Shown: positions 42,126 to 50,560 of the stretch, piece by piece
Layout: each line of letters opens with the position of its first letter
Position numbering within the stretch: position 1 is the first letter of the stretch
Assembly (NCBI GenBank): GCA_963735235.1
Contig: CAVTKD010000003.1
Coordinates: 4,441-68,440, forward strand
Origin: an uncultured Solirubrobacterales bacterium
GTDB taxonomy: Bacteria > Actinomycetota > Thermoleophilia > Solirubrobacterales > 70-9
Length of the DNA stretch: 64,000 nucleotides
Direction: 5' to 3'
Notes under the pieces: generated by a model
Seen by the model: the letters and a program-made list of their open reading frames with translations, nothing else
Databases searched by the model: none
What the model was told of the DNA's origin: nothing
Program-made: the position numbers and the translations under genes

Positions 42126-42700
42126 GGAAGGCCGCGGGGGCCACCTGCCTGGGGCTGATCGGGGCTCTCGTGATCGCGCCCTGGTCCGGATGGGTCGGTG
42201 GATCGGGCGGCCGCGCCCAGGCGGCCGAATGCACCTGGCAGCGGCACTCGAAGCGGACCGTGGCGAAGGTCCGCCGGCACGGCCGGGCCCGGCGGGTCTC
42301 CCGCACCAGGCACTGGTGGACCTGCGAAGCGGTTGCGGCTCCTCCGCTCGCGAGCCCGCTCCCCGCGCCCGCAGCCGCACCGGCGCCCGCCCCGGAGGCC
42401 GAACCGACCGCCAACCGGCTCGGCGTCAAGTCGGCCGAGTACAGCTACACGCTCTCGCGACCGAGCGTGGAGGCGGGTGAAGTCACGATCGAACTCGACA
42501 ACCGCGGCGAGGACGCGCACAACCTCAACCTGCGGCTGGAAGGAAGCGTGGAACCGCCGCTGCAGCTGCCGGAAACCGGCTCGCAGGAACGCAGCACCGC
42601 CCACTTCGACCTGCCCGCCGGGACCTACCGGCTCTGGTGCAGCCTGCCCCTGCACGACGAACAGGGCATGCACGCCACCCTGGGGGTCGGCACCGGCTAG
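42122..42700 (+). CDS. Secreted cupredoxin-like (type-1 copper) protein
   Basis: The GTG start overlaps the upstream stop (GTGA). It has an N-terminal hydrophobic signal. The candidate copper ligands are H in EDAHNL and C-x4-H-x4-M in WCSLPLHDEQGM. Confidence 0.6.
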   Translation: MRKAAGATCLGLIGALVIAPWSGWVGGSGGRAQAAECTWQRHSKRTVAKVRRHGRARRVSRTRHWWTCEAVAAPPLASPLPAPAAAPAPAPEAEPTANRLGVKSAEYSYTLSRPSVEAGEVTIELDNRGEDAHNLNLRLEGSVEPPLQLPETGSQERSTAHFDLPAGTYRLWCSLPLHDEQGMHATLGVGTG

Positions 42701-43980
42701 GCGAGCGGCTTGCGGTGGCCGATCGAGCCGACCTCGGAGATGTCGCGCTTGAAGGGCAGGCTGGCGGTCCAGTCGAGCACCGCGCGGGCCTTGCGGGCGG
42801 GGCCGGGAATCTGGCTCATGTGGTAGCTGCGGGCCAGCCACCAGGCCGGGAAGCCGCGGAAGGTCTTGTCGCCGATCCGGCCGACCGCCTTGTAGCGGCC
42901 GAGGTTGACGAACGAGGCCTCGCTGCGGTACTCGAAGGGCCTCGGAGTGCCGATGCCGAGCCGCGAGGCGATGTTGTTCGCCGCCACCGGGCCCTGTCTG
43001 ACAGCGTGCTGGGCGGTCGGTGGGCAGGTGCCGCCGCGCGGGTCGGGGGCGGCGGCGCAGTCGCCGATCGCCCAGACCGAGTCCGTTCCCCGAACCTGTA
43101 GGTACTCGTCGACCGGGACCCTGCCGCGCTCATCGAGGGGCAGGTTCAGATCCTTGAGGATCGGCTGGGGAGCGACTCCGGCGGTCCAGACCACGGTCTT
43201 GGTCGGCAGCGTCTCGCCGCTGGACAGGCGGGCGCTGCTGGGCCCGACCTCCTCCAGGGTGGTCTCGAGGCGGATGTCGATGCCGCGCCCGCGCAGCTCC
43301 CGCAGCGCGTAGTCGGCCAGCTGCGGGTCGATCTCCGGCAGCACCCGGCCGGTCGCCTCGACCAGCACCCAGCGCATCCCGTGCAGGCGGGCACGCGGAT
43401 AGCTCTCCATCGCATCGGCGGCGAAGTCCTGCAGCTCGGCCAGCGCCTCGAGCCCGGCGTAGCCGCCGCCGACGAAGACGTAGGTGAGCAGCTCGTCGCG
43501 CCGCGCCGGGTCTTCGGTCGCGTTGGCTTCCTCGAGGCTCTCGACCACGTGGTTGCGCAGGTAGATCGCGTCGGCCAGGCTCTTGAAGCCAACCGCGTGC
43601 TGCTCCAAGCCCGGCACCGGCAGCACCCGCGAGACCGAGCCCAGCGAGAGCAGCAGCTGGTCGTAGGGAAGCGTCTCGACCTCGCCGTACTTGGCCCGCA
43701 ACTGCACCGTCTTCGCCTCCGGGTCGTGGCCGACGATCGAGCCCAGCCGCAGATAGGTCCGCTTGAGGATGTCCCGCAACGGCGTCACCACGTGCCGCGG
43801 CTCCAGCGTCCCGGCGGCGGCCTCCGGCAGGAACGGCGTGTAGAGCATGAAGTTGGTCTCGTTGACGAGCACCAACCGCGCCGACTGCTTCGGCAGCGTC
43901 CGCTCCAGCTCCCGCGCAGCCGCCGCCCCACCAAATCCACCACCGGCGATGACGACGTTCCAGGCCATGGGTTTGACCAT
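42697..43980 (-). CDS. ndh: Type II NADH dehydrogenase (NDH-2)
   Basis: Trimmed to MVKPMAWNVVIAGGGFGGAAAA. The second dinucleotide fold is VFVGGGYAGLEALAEL, and AIGDCAA is present. The start could alternatively be the ATG at 43968. Confidence 0.85.
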   Translation of the reverse strand: MVKPMAWNVVIAGGGFGGAAAARELERTLPKQSARLVLVNETNFMLYTPFLPEAAAGTLEPRHVVTPLRDILKRTYLRLGSIVGHDPEAKTVQLRAKYGEVETLPYDQLLLSLGSVSRVLPVPGLEQHAVGFKSLADAIYLRNHVVESLEEANATEDPARRDELLTYVFVGGGYAGLEALAELQDFAADAMESYPRARLHGMRWVLVEATGRVLPEIDPQLADYALRELRGRGIDIRLETTLEEVGPSSARLSSGETLPTKTVVWTAGVAPQPILKDLNLPLDERGRVPVDEYLQVRGTDSVWAIGDCAAAPDPRGGTCPPTAQHAVRQGPVAANNIASRLGIGTPRPFEYRSEASFVNLGRYKAVGRIGDKTFRGFPAWWLARSYHMSQIPGPARKARAVLDWTASLPFKRDISEVGSIGHRKPLA

Positions 43981-43987
43981 AGCAACC

Positions 43988-44006
43988 TTGTAACACCTTG
44001 TTACAA
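43988..44006. promoter_or_regulatory. AT-rich 8-3-8 palindrome (operator-like) 8 nt upstream of the ndh start
   Basis: TTGTAACA-cct-TGTTACAA. It can also be read as a 9/10 direct repeat, CCTTGTAACA / CCTTGTTACA. Confidence 0.4.
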
Positions 44007-44047
44007 AGTGTCGGTCCGCACTTTCGAGAGGCGCCTTTCGAGATCGA

Positions 44048-44086
44048 GGAGTGTATTTCCCTGCCCATGGGAGGGAAATACACTCC
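44048..44086. repeat. 39-nt near-perfect palindrome (15-bp arms plus an inner CCCATGGG) in the gatB-ndh intergenic region
   Basis: GGAGTGTATTTCCCT-g-CCCATGGG-AGGGAAATACACTCC, with one bulged G. It is AT-rich relative to its surroundings and has no U-tract on either strand. Confidence 0.9.
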
Positions 44087-44232
44087 TCGGCGCTCGGCGC
44101 TGGCCGACGCCGGCAGAGGGCCGTGCGCTGCGTGGGGCGGTGACCTCGAGGCAGTCGTCGTGTGGCTCCAGCTCCGGGCCACGCCTTAGGGCATTCCGGC
44201 GTCGGCGGGAACAATGTGGCTGGCACCTACAC

Positions 44233-45675
44233 CTAGAGCCCGAGTTGCTCCCGGATCAGGCGGTTGACCTCGCCGCCGTCGGCGCGGCCCTTGGTCTCCT
44301 TCATCACGGCGCCGACGATCGCGCCGATCGCCTTGCCGTTGCCGGCGCGGATCTCCTCGGCGGCTTCGGGGTTGGACTCGACCGCCGCGGCGACGATCGA
44401 CTCCAGCTCGCCACCGTCCGAGGACATCTGGGCGAGACCCTCGCGCTCGACGATCGCGGCGGGGTCGCCGCCCTCGGCGACCAGGACGGCGAGAACGGCC
44501 TTGCCGCTGCCGTGGGAGATCTTCTTCTCCTGCACCATCGCCACGAGGGAGGCGAGGGTCTCCGGCTCGACCCTGGAGTCGGCGGCGGCGACCTCCTCGT
44601 CGCCCTGGCGCAGCGCCGCCGCCAGCTCGCCGGTGACCCAGTTGGCGACGACCTTGGGCTCGATCTCGGCGGCGGCGTCATTGGTGCTTTCGAAGTAGGC
44701 GGCGGTCTCGGGATCCGCGGCGAGGCCGGCAGCGACATCCGCGGCGAGTCCCAGCCCACTCGTGTAGCGCTCGATCCGCGCCGCCGGCAACTCCGGCAGC
44801 GCCTCCCGCGCCTCGCGCAGCATCTGCTCGGTCGGCGCCAGGGGCACCAGGTCGGGCTCGGGGAAGTAGCGGTAATCGTGGGCCTCCTCCTTCGAGCGCA
44901 GGGAAGTGAGGGTGCCGCTCTGGGGGTCGAAATGGAGGGTCTCCTGGGTCACCGTCCCCCCCGCCTCGATCAGCTCGCGCTGGCGCTCGAGCTCGGCTTC
45001 GACGCCGCGCTGCAGGAAGCGGAAGCTGTTCATGTTCTTCAGCTCGGTCTTGGTGCCCAGCTCGGTCGTGCCCGCGGGCCGCACGGAGACGTTGGCATCG
45101 CAGCGCAGGCTCCCCTCCTCCATGTTCACGTCGGAGACGCCGAGCTGGCGCACCGTCTCCCGCAGCAGCCGCGCCCACTCTGCCGCTTCGGCCGCGCCGC
45201 GCAGGTCGGGCTCGGTGACGATCTCGACCAGCGGCGTGCCGCCGCGGTTGAAGTCGACCAGGGAGGCGCCGGAGTCGTGGATCCGGCCCGACTCGCCGAC
45301 GTGGATCATCTTCGCCGCGTCCTCCTCGAGGTGGGCGCGGTGGATGCGGATGTCACCGAGGCGGCCATTGGCGGCGAGCGGAATGTCGTACTGGCTGATC
45401 TGGTACGCCTTCGGGCTGTCGGGATAGAAGTAGTTCTTGCGGTGGAAGATCGACCAGGGCGCGACCTCGCAGTCCAGCGCCGCGGCGATCTGCAGCGCGT
45501 AGAGGATCGCCTGTTCGTTGGGCACCGGCAGCACCCCCGGGTGGGCGAGGCAAATCGGGCAGGTGTGGACGTTGGGCTCGTCGCCGAAGGAGAGCTCGCA
45601 GCCGCAGAACATCTTCGTCTTCGTCGCCAGCTGGACGTGGATCTCCAGCCCGATCACCGCCTCCAGCTCAGCCAT
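44233..45675 (-). CDS. gatB: Asp/Glu-tRNA amidotransferase subunit B
   Basis: Trimmed to MAELEAVIGLEIHVQL. Motifs: KMFCGC, CPICLAHPGVLP, RKNYFYPD.PK.YQISQ, NMNSFR, YRYFPEPDL. Confidence 0.93.
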   Translation of the reverse strand: MAELEAVIGLEIHVQLATKTKMFCGCELSFGDEPNVHTCPICLAHPGVLPVPNEQAILYALQIAAALDCEVAPWSIFHRKNYFYPDSPKAYQISQYDIPLAANGRLGDIRIHRAHLEEDAAKMIHVGESGRIHDSGASLVDFNRGGTPLVEIVTEPDLRGAAEAAEWARLLRETVRQLGVSDVNMEEGSLRCDANVSVRPAGTTELGTKTELKNMNSFRFLQRGVEAELERQRELIEAGGTVTQETLHFDPQSGTLTSLRSKEEAHDYRYFPEPDLVPLAPTEQMLREAREALPELPAARIERYTSGLGLAADVAAGLAADPETAAYFESTNDAAAEIEPKVVANWVTGELAAALRQGDEEVAAADSRVEPETLASLVAMVQEKKISHGSGKAVLAVLVAEGGDPAAIVEREGLAQMSSDGGELESIVAAAVESNPEAAEEIRAGNGKAIGAIVGAVMKETKGRADGGEVNRLIREQLGL

Positions 45676-47110
45676 TCGCCCCTCCCGGCCTGGCGTCGAA
45701 GCCGATCCCCTGCTCCAGCGCGTAGGCGGCGTCGAGCAGCTTCTGCTCGCCGAAGGCGGGGGCGGCGATCTGGAAGCCGACCGGCAACCGTGGCCCGCCG
45801 CCCTCGGGCTCGGCCAGCCCGGCGGGGATCGAGATCGCCGGGATGCCGGCAAGGCTCATCGGCACCGTGAAGAAGTCGTTGAGGTACATCGAGAGCGGGT
45901 CGGCGGTCTTCTCGCCGAGGCCGAAGGCGACCGAGGGCGAGGTCGGGGTGACGACGAAGTCGACCCTGGCGAAGGTGTTGGTGAAGTCCTCGGCGATCCG
46001 GGTGCGGACCTTCTGCGCCTGGCCGTAGTAGGCGTCGTAGTAGCCGGAGGAGAGCGCGTAGGTGCCGAGCATGATCCGCCGCTTGACCTCGGCGCCGAAG
46101 CCCTCGGCGCGGGTCGATTCGTACATGTCGAGGAGGTCGGCCCCCGCCCCCGCCCGCATCCCGTAGCGGACGCCGTCGTAGCGGGCCAGGTTCGAGGAGG
46201 CCTCGGCCGGGGCCAGCACGTAGTAGGCGGAGATGCCGTGCTCGGCGTTCGGCAGCGAGACCTCGGCGATCTCGCCACCGAGGCCCTCGATCTGCGCCAG
46301 GGTCGCCTCGAAGACCTCGCGCACGCCGGCGTCGACCTCGTCGCGGCCGAGCTCGCTCGGCACCCCGAAGCGCAGGCCGGCCAGGCCCTCGCGGTCGGGC
46401 ACCCGCACGCCGCCGGCGAGGCCGACCGAGGTCGAGTCGAGCGGATCGCTCCCCTGCAGGATCGAGAGCAGCAGCGCCGCGTCGCTGACGTCGCGGGTGA
46501 ACGGGCCGCACTGGTCGAGCGAGGAGGCGAAGGCGATCATCCCGTAGCGGGAGATGGCGCCGTAGGTGGGCTTGAGGCCGACGATCCCACAGAGCGCCGC
46601 CGGCTGGCGGATCGAGCCGCCGGTGTCGGTGCCGATCGCCCAGGGCGCGAGACCGCCGGCGACGGCGGCCGCCGAGCCACCGGAGGACCCGCCCGGGACC
46701 CGGCTCCGGTCCCACGGGTTGAGCACCGGCCCGTAGGCCGAGTTCTCGTTCGAGGAGCCCATCGCGAACTCGTCCATGTTGGTCTTGCCGAGCACCGGCG
46801 CGCCCGCCTCGAGCAGGCGCCGCACCGCGGTCGCGGTGTAGGGCGGGCGGTAGCCCTCGAGGATGCGCGAGCCGGCGGTGGTCGGCACCCCCTCGGTGCA
46901 GAAGATGTCCTTGACGGCGATCGGCGCCAGGCCGGCCGCGGCGGTCTCGATCGCCTCGCCCCCGCCCTCGCCGCTGCGCCAGAGGTACGCGTTCAGCTCG
47001 TCGCCGGCGGCGGCGCCCACCCAGGCCTCGGCGCACTCCTCGGCGGAGAGCTCTCCCGCCCGCATCGCCTCGTGGGCCGCAAGGGCCGTCAGGTCGAGTA
47101 TCTCCGCCAT
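45668..47110 (-). CDS. gatA: Glu-tRNA(Gln) amidotransferase subunit A
   Basis: Trimmed to MAEILDLTA. The amidase signature is GGSSGGSAAAVA...GTDTGGSIRQPAA, and KDIFCT is present. Confidence 0.93.
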   Translation of the reverse strand: MAEILDLTALAAHEAMRAGELSAEECAEAWVGAAAGDELNAYLWRSGEGGGEAIETAAAGLAPIAVKDIFCTEGVPTTAGSRILEGYRPPYTATAVRRLLEAGAPVLGKTNMDEFAMGSSNENSAYGPVLNPWDRSRVPGGSSGGSAAAVAGGLAPWAIGTDTGGSIRQPAALCGIVGLKPTYGAISRYGMIAFASSLDQCGPFTRDVSDAALLLSILQGSDPLDSTSVGLAGGVRVPDREGLAGLRFGVPSELGRDEVDAGVREVFEATLAQIEGLGGEIAEVSLPNAEHGISAYYVLAPAEASSNLARYDGVRYGMRAGAGADLLDMYESTRAEGFGAEVKRRIMLGTYALSSGYYDAYYGQAQKVRTRIAEDFTNTFARVDFVVTPTSPSVAFGLGEKTADPLSMYLNDFFTVPMSLAGIPAISIPAGLAEPEGGGPRLPVGFQIAAPAFGEQKLLDAAYALEQGIGFDARPGGANG

Positions 47111-47400
47111 CAGGCGTCGGCCTGGGGTGAGGGAACCCTGAACGCCCCGTCGACCGGTTCCGGCGCCGAGCTCAGCGCCACGTCCTTCGGCAGGCTCTCC
47201 CAGGGCACATCCGCCCGCCACACGTTCTCCAGCGCGACCACGTGGGAAGTCGGCTCGACCCCCTCCAGATCCAGCTTCCCGATCCGATCCACGTGCCCCA
47301 GGATCCCCGACAGCTCCCCCGTCATCTGTTCGACCTCCTCCTCGGACAGCCGCAGACGGGCCAATTTGGCGACGTAGAGGACCTGCTCGCGGTCGATCAC
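47110..47400 (-). CDS. gatC: Asp/Glu-tRNA amidotransferase subunit C
   Basis: 96 aa. Motifs: VAKLARLRLSEEEVEQMTGELS.IL..V and WRAD. The gene order is gatC-gatA-gatB with overlapping stops and starts. Confidence 0.9.
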   Translation of the reverse strand: MIDREQVLYVAKLARLRLSEEEVEQMTGELSGILGHVDRIGKLDLEGVEPTSHVVALENVWRADVPWESLPKDVALSSAPEPVDGAFRVPSPQADA

Positions 47401-47456
47401 CGGCGAGATTCTAGGCGGCCCGCGACTGGCTGCTCAGCCAGTTAGAGTCCGGCCCG

Positions 47457-47900
47457 ATGCAGGGACCCGCCGCAGAGCGTTTCGTCGTCCTCTGCCTGCG
47501 CCTGCTCGCCCTCACCTTTGCCGTCGTCGGCATCTTCTTCATCGCCGTGCCCAGCGGCACGCTCGACGTGATCTCGGACCTGGGCAACTGGATCGGCAGC
47601 TTCCCCCGCGCCCCCCACACCCAGGAGGACCTCTGGCTGGCGCTGGCCTTCGCCTACATGGTGGTCATCACCGGCATCTGCCTGGTCGTCCAGGCCGACG
47701 TCGTCCGCTACCGGCCGCTGCTGCTGGTGCTCGCCGCCGGCAAGACCGCCTCCTCGCTCGGCTCGCTCGCCTTCTATCTGGCCGACGAACACGTCTTCAT
47801 CTATCTGCTCAACTTTCTCGTCGACGGCTCGCTGGTCTTCGCGGCGCTCGGGCTCTGGGTGCTGGCGGGCCGGATCGGCCGCCCCGCCGACCCCGGTTGA
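47457..47900 (+). CDS. Small integral membrane protein (about 4 TM), unknown function
   Basis: 147 aa and hydrophobic. Its TGA stop (47898-47900) is in the same frame as the downstream GMC oxidoreductase, with no other stop between them. Confidence 0.5.
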   Translation: MQGPAAERFVVLCLRLLALTFAVVGIFFIAVPSGTLDVISDLGNWIGSFPRAPHTQEDLWLALAFAYMVVITGICLVVQADVVRYRPLLLVLAAGKTASSLGSLAFYLADEHVFIYLLNFLVDGSLVFAALGLWVLAGRIGRPADPG

Positions 47901-47960
47901 CAGCGCGCGCCGGGGCTTTCAGCCACTGAGCAGCGCACCCTGAGCGCGATCTGCGCGGCA

Positions 47961-49802
47961 ATGGCGCCTGGCATCGACGGCCTGCCCGCGGCCGAGCGTG
48001 ACGTCGACGTCTCCGGGCCGGTCGCCGACTTCCTCGGCTCCGTCTCACCGCGGGCCCTGAGCCGGCTCAAGCTCGGCCTCCGCGCCTTCGAGTGGCTGCC
48101 CTTCCCGCGCCGCTTCAGCCGCCTCGACCCGGCCGCCCAGGAGGCCTGCCTCGAGAAGCTCGAGGGCTCGCGCCTCTCCCTGCGCCACGACCTGCTGCTG
48201 ATGGCCAAGCTCTTCTCGACCCTCGGCTACGCGGTGACTCCGCAGGTGCAGGAGCGGATCGGCTTCGAGATCGCCTGCGGGCTCGCCGACGGCTCACTGC
48301 CGGAGCCGGCCGGGACGCTCGGCGACACCGAGCCGCCCGGCGAGGGCGAGGAATGCGACGTGGTCATCGTCGGCTCCGGCGCCGGCGGTGCGGTCGCCGC
48401 CGCGACCCTGGCCGAGGCGGGTCTCGACGTGATCGTGCTCGAGGCAGGCGAGCACTACACCCGCGACAGCTACCCGAGCGATCACCTCGACGCGATCGCC
48501 GCGCTCTATCGCGACGGCGGCCTCACCATTGCCGAAGGCCGGCCGCCGATCCCGGTTCCGGTCGCCAAGGTCGTCGGCGGCACGACCGTGATCAACTCGG
48601 GCACCTGCTTCCGCGCCCCGGGCCCGATCCTCGACGACTGGAAGGAGCGCTTCGGCGTCTCCTGGGCCGGCCAGATGGACGCCGACTACGCCGAGGCCGA
48701 GGAGTTCCTCCACGTCACCCAGCTCGACCCGGAGCGGATGGGCCGCAACGGCCAGCTGGCGATGGAGGGGGCGGCCGCGATCGGCGCCAGCGGCGCCCCG
48801 ATCCACCGCAACGCCGGCAGCTGCGTGCAGTGCAGCTCCTGCCCCTTCGGCTGCGAGATCGACGCCAAGCGCGGCATGCACGTCAGCTACCTGCCGCGGG
48901 CGGTCGCCGCCGGGGCGCGAATCCGTGCCGGGGTCCAGGTCGACCGGGTCATCGTCGAGGACGGGCGCGCAGCCGGGGTCAGCTGCTCGATCTCAGCCGG
49001 CGGCGGCAGGCACCGCCCCTTCACCGTCCGCGCCCGCCGCGCCGTCATCGCCGCCGGCGGCGCGCTCGGCACGCCGGAGCTGCTGCAGCGCTCCGGGCTC
49101 GGCGGGCACCATGTCGGCCGCAACCTCCACATCCACCCCGCCTGCTGGGTCGGTGCCCGCTACGGCGAGGAGGTGCGCGGCTGGGACGGCGTCATGCAGA
49201 GCTTCTATGTCGACGAGTGGGAGCAGCAGCGGATCCTGCTCGAGGCGACCTTCACCCCGCTCGCCTTCGGCGGTGCCTGGCTGCTCGGTTCCGGTCGCAC
49301 CCACCAGGAAGCGATGCTCGACTTCGGCCACATCGGCTCGATCGGCGTCCACCTCTGCGATCACTCCTCAGGCCGCGTCGGCCTCGGCGCCGAGGGCTCG
49401 CTGCGAGCCAGCTACAAGCTGACCAAGGACGACGCCGGCCGGCTCGCCTTCGGCATCGCCCGCGCGGCCGAGATCCACTTCGCCGCCGGCGCGAGCGAGG
49501 TCTACCCGAACATCCCCCGGGTCGGGGTCCTCAAGCCGGGCGACCTGGCCAGGTTCGAGGCGACCACCTTCAGGCCCTCGGAGCTGCGCCTGGAGGCCTT
49601 CCACCCGATGGGGACGGCGCGAATCGCCGCCGACCCCGGCGCGGGCGCCTGCGCCCCCGACGGATCGGTCAACGGCACCCGCGACCTCTACGTCGCCGAC
49701 GCCTCGCTCTTCCCGACCTCGGTCGGCGTCAACCCGATGATGACCGTGATCGCCTTCGCCAAGAAGGTCTCCCGGGGAATCGCGGGCGGGGGCTTCGCTT
49801 AA
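47961..49802 (+). CDS. GMC-family FAD-dependent oxidoreductase (long-chain alcohol/cholesterol oxidase-like)
   Basis: 613 aa from the first ATG. The FAD fold is DVVIVGSGAGGAVAAATLAEAG, with a C-terminal GMC_oxred_C part (HPMGTARI, LYVADASLFPTSVGVNP). The true start is probably upstream of 47961 (see findings). Confidence 0.85.
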   Translation: MAPGIDGLPAAERDVDVSGPVADFLGSVSPRALSRLKLGLRAFEWLPFPRRFSRLDPAAQEACLEKLEGSRLSLRHDLLLMAKLFSTLGYAVTPQVQERIGFEIACGLADGSLPEPAGTLGDTEPPGEGEECDVVIVGSGAGGAVAAATLAEAGLDVIVLEAGEHYTRDSYPSDHLDAIAALYRDGGLTIAEGRPPIPVPVAKVVGGTTVINSGTCFRAPGPILDDWKERFGVSWAGQMDADYAEAEEFLHVTQLDPERMGRNGQLAMEGAAAIGASGAPIHRNAGSCVQCSSCPFGCEIDAKRGMHVSYLPRAVAAGARIRAGVQVDRVIVEDGRAAGVSCSISAGGGRHRPFTVRARRAVIAAGGALGTPELLQRSGLGGHHVGRNLHIHPACWVGARYGEEVRGWDGVMQSFYVDEWEQQRILLEATFTPLAFGGAWLLGSGRTHQEAMLDFGHIGSIGVHLCDHSSGRVGLGAEGSLRASYKLTKDDAGRLAFGIARAAEIHFAAGASEVYPNIPRVGVLKPGDLARFEATTFRPSELRLEAFHPMGTARIAADPGAGACAPDGSVNGTRDLYVADASLFPTSVGVNPMMTVIAFAKKVSRGIAGGGFA

Positions 49803-49823
49803 CTTTTTCGCCTTGGCCGGCTG

Positions 49824-50471
49824 CTAGCTGCTTGGAGGGGGCGGCGGGGGCGGAGGCGTCTGGCCTCCGCCGGCGGGAGGTGCGGGTGGCGGCGGAGTGC
49901 CTCCGGCCGCGGGTGGGGGCGGTGGCGGAGTTGCAGATGACGGCGGGGGCGGCGGAGAGCCTGCGCCCGGACCGGTGCCGGATCCGCTCGAGAGGCGATC
50001 GCCGACGTCGCCGAAGGAGGCGCCTTCCTCCTGCATCGCGCGGTAGCCGCCGTAGGCGATGCCGATCGCCGCCAGGAGGCCGAGGAAGATGCCCAGCGCG
50101 GGGCTGACATCGACGGAGAGACCGGGGACGCTGCCACCGCCCGGAGTGTCGACGATGCGGAAGAGAATCAGCAGCACCGAGAGGCCACCGAGCACGGAGA
50201 CCACGGCGTTGGCCGAGATCGGCGGCTCGTAGGCGGAGTCGGTGAGACGCAGGGCGACGACGCCGAGCGCGGTGAGAATGGTGACGATGAGGACGATCGG
50301 AATGAAGTCCAGCGCATCCCAGGCGTTGCCACCGGCGACCGCATTTGCGGTGAAGACGCCGCTGCCCCCCGAGATTTCGACGCTGAACCAGTCCAAGAAC
50401 ATGAAGAAGAAGAGCAGCACCGCCGATACGCCGGCGACCTTCTCTCCGGTGCTGAGCTTGTCTGCGTCCAT
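49824..50471 (-). CDS. Membrane protein with a poly-proline C-terminal tail, unknown function
   Basis: 215 aa with about 5 TM segments. The tail is GSPPPPPSSATPPPPPPAAGGTPPPPAPPAGGGQTPPPPPPPPSS. Confidence 0.55.
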   Translation of the reverse strand: MDADKLSTGEKVAGVSAVLLFFFMFLDWFSVEISGGSGVFTANAVAGGNAWDALDFIPIVLIVTILTALGVVALRLTDSAYEPPISANAVVSVLGGLSVLLILFRIVDTPGGGSVPGLSVDVSPALGIFLGLLAAIGIAYGGYRAMQEEGASFGDVGDRLSSGSGTGPGAGSPPPPPSSATPPPPPPAAGGTPPPPAPPAGGGQTPPPPPPPPSS

Positions 50472-50560
50472 CAGTGCATCCCTCTCCGTCGAAAGCTTGG
50501 CCGGTCGATACGACCCTATATCCGCTTCCCGCCTATTCGCGAGGGATATGGCCGACCCTT

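Noticed and set aside
43988-44006. The palindrome upstream of ndh as a Rex operator
   Set aside because: The Rex consensus half-site is TTGTGAA with a longer spacing. Here the half-site is TTGTAACA with a 3-nt spacer. It is therefore left as an unassigned operator-like site.
47898-47900. The in-frame TGA as a selenocysteine codon
   Set aside because: There is no convincing SECIS-like hairpin in the ~40 nt downstream. The position is a linker, not a redox-active site, and no sel genes are in view. Readthrough, sequencing error or a split gene are more plausible.
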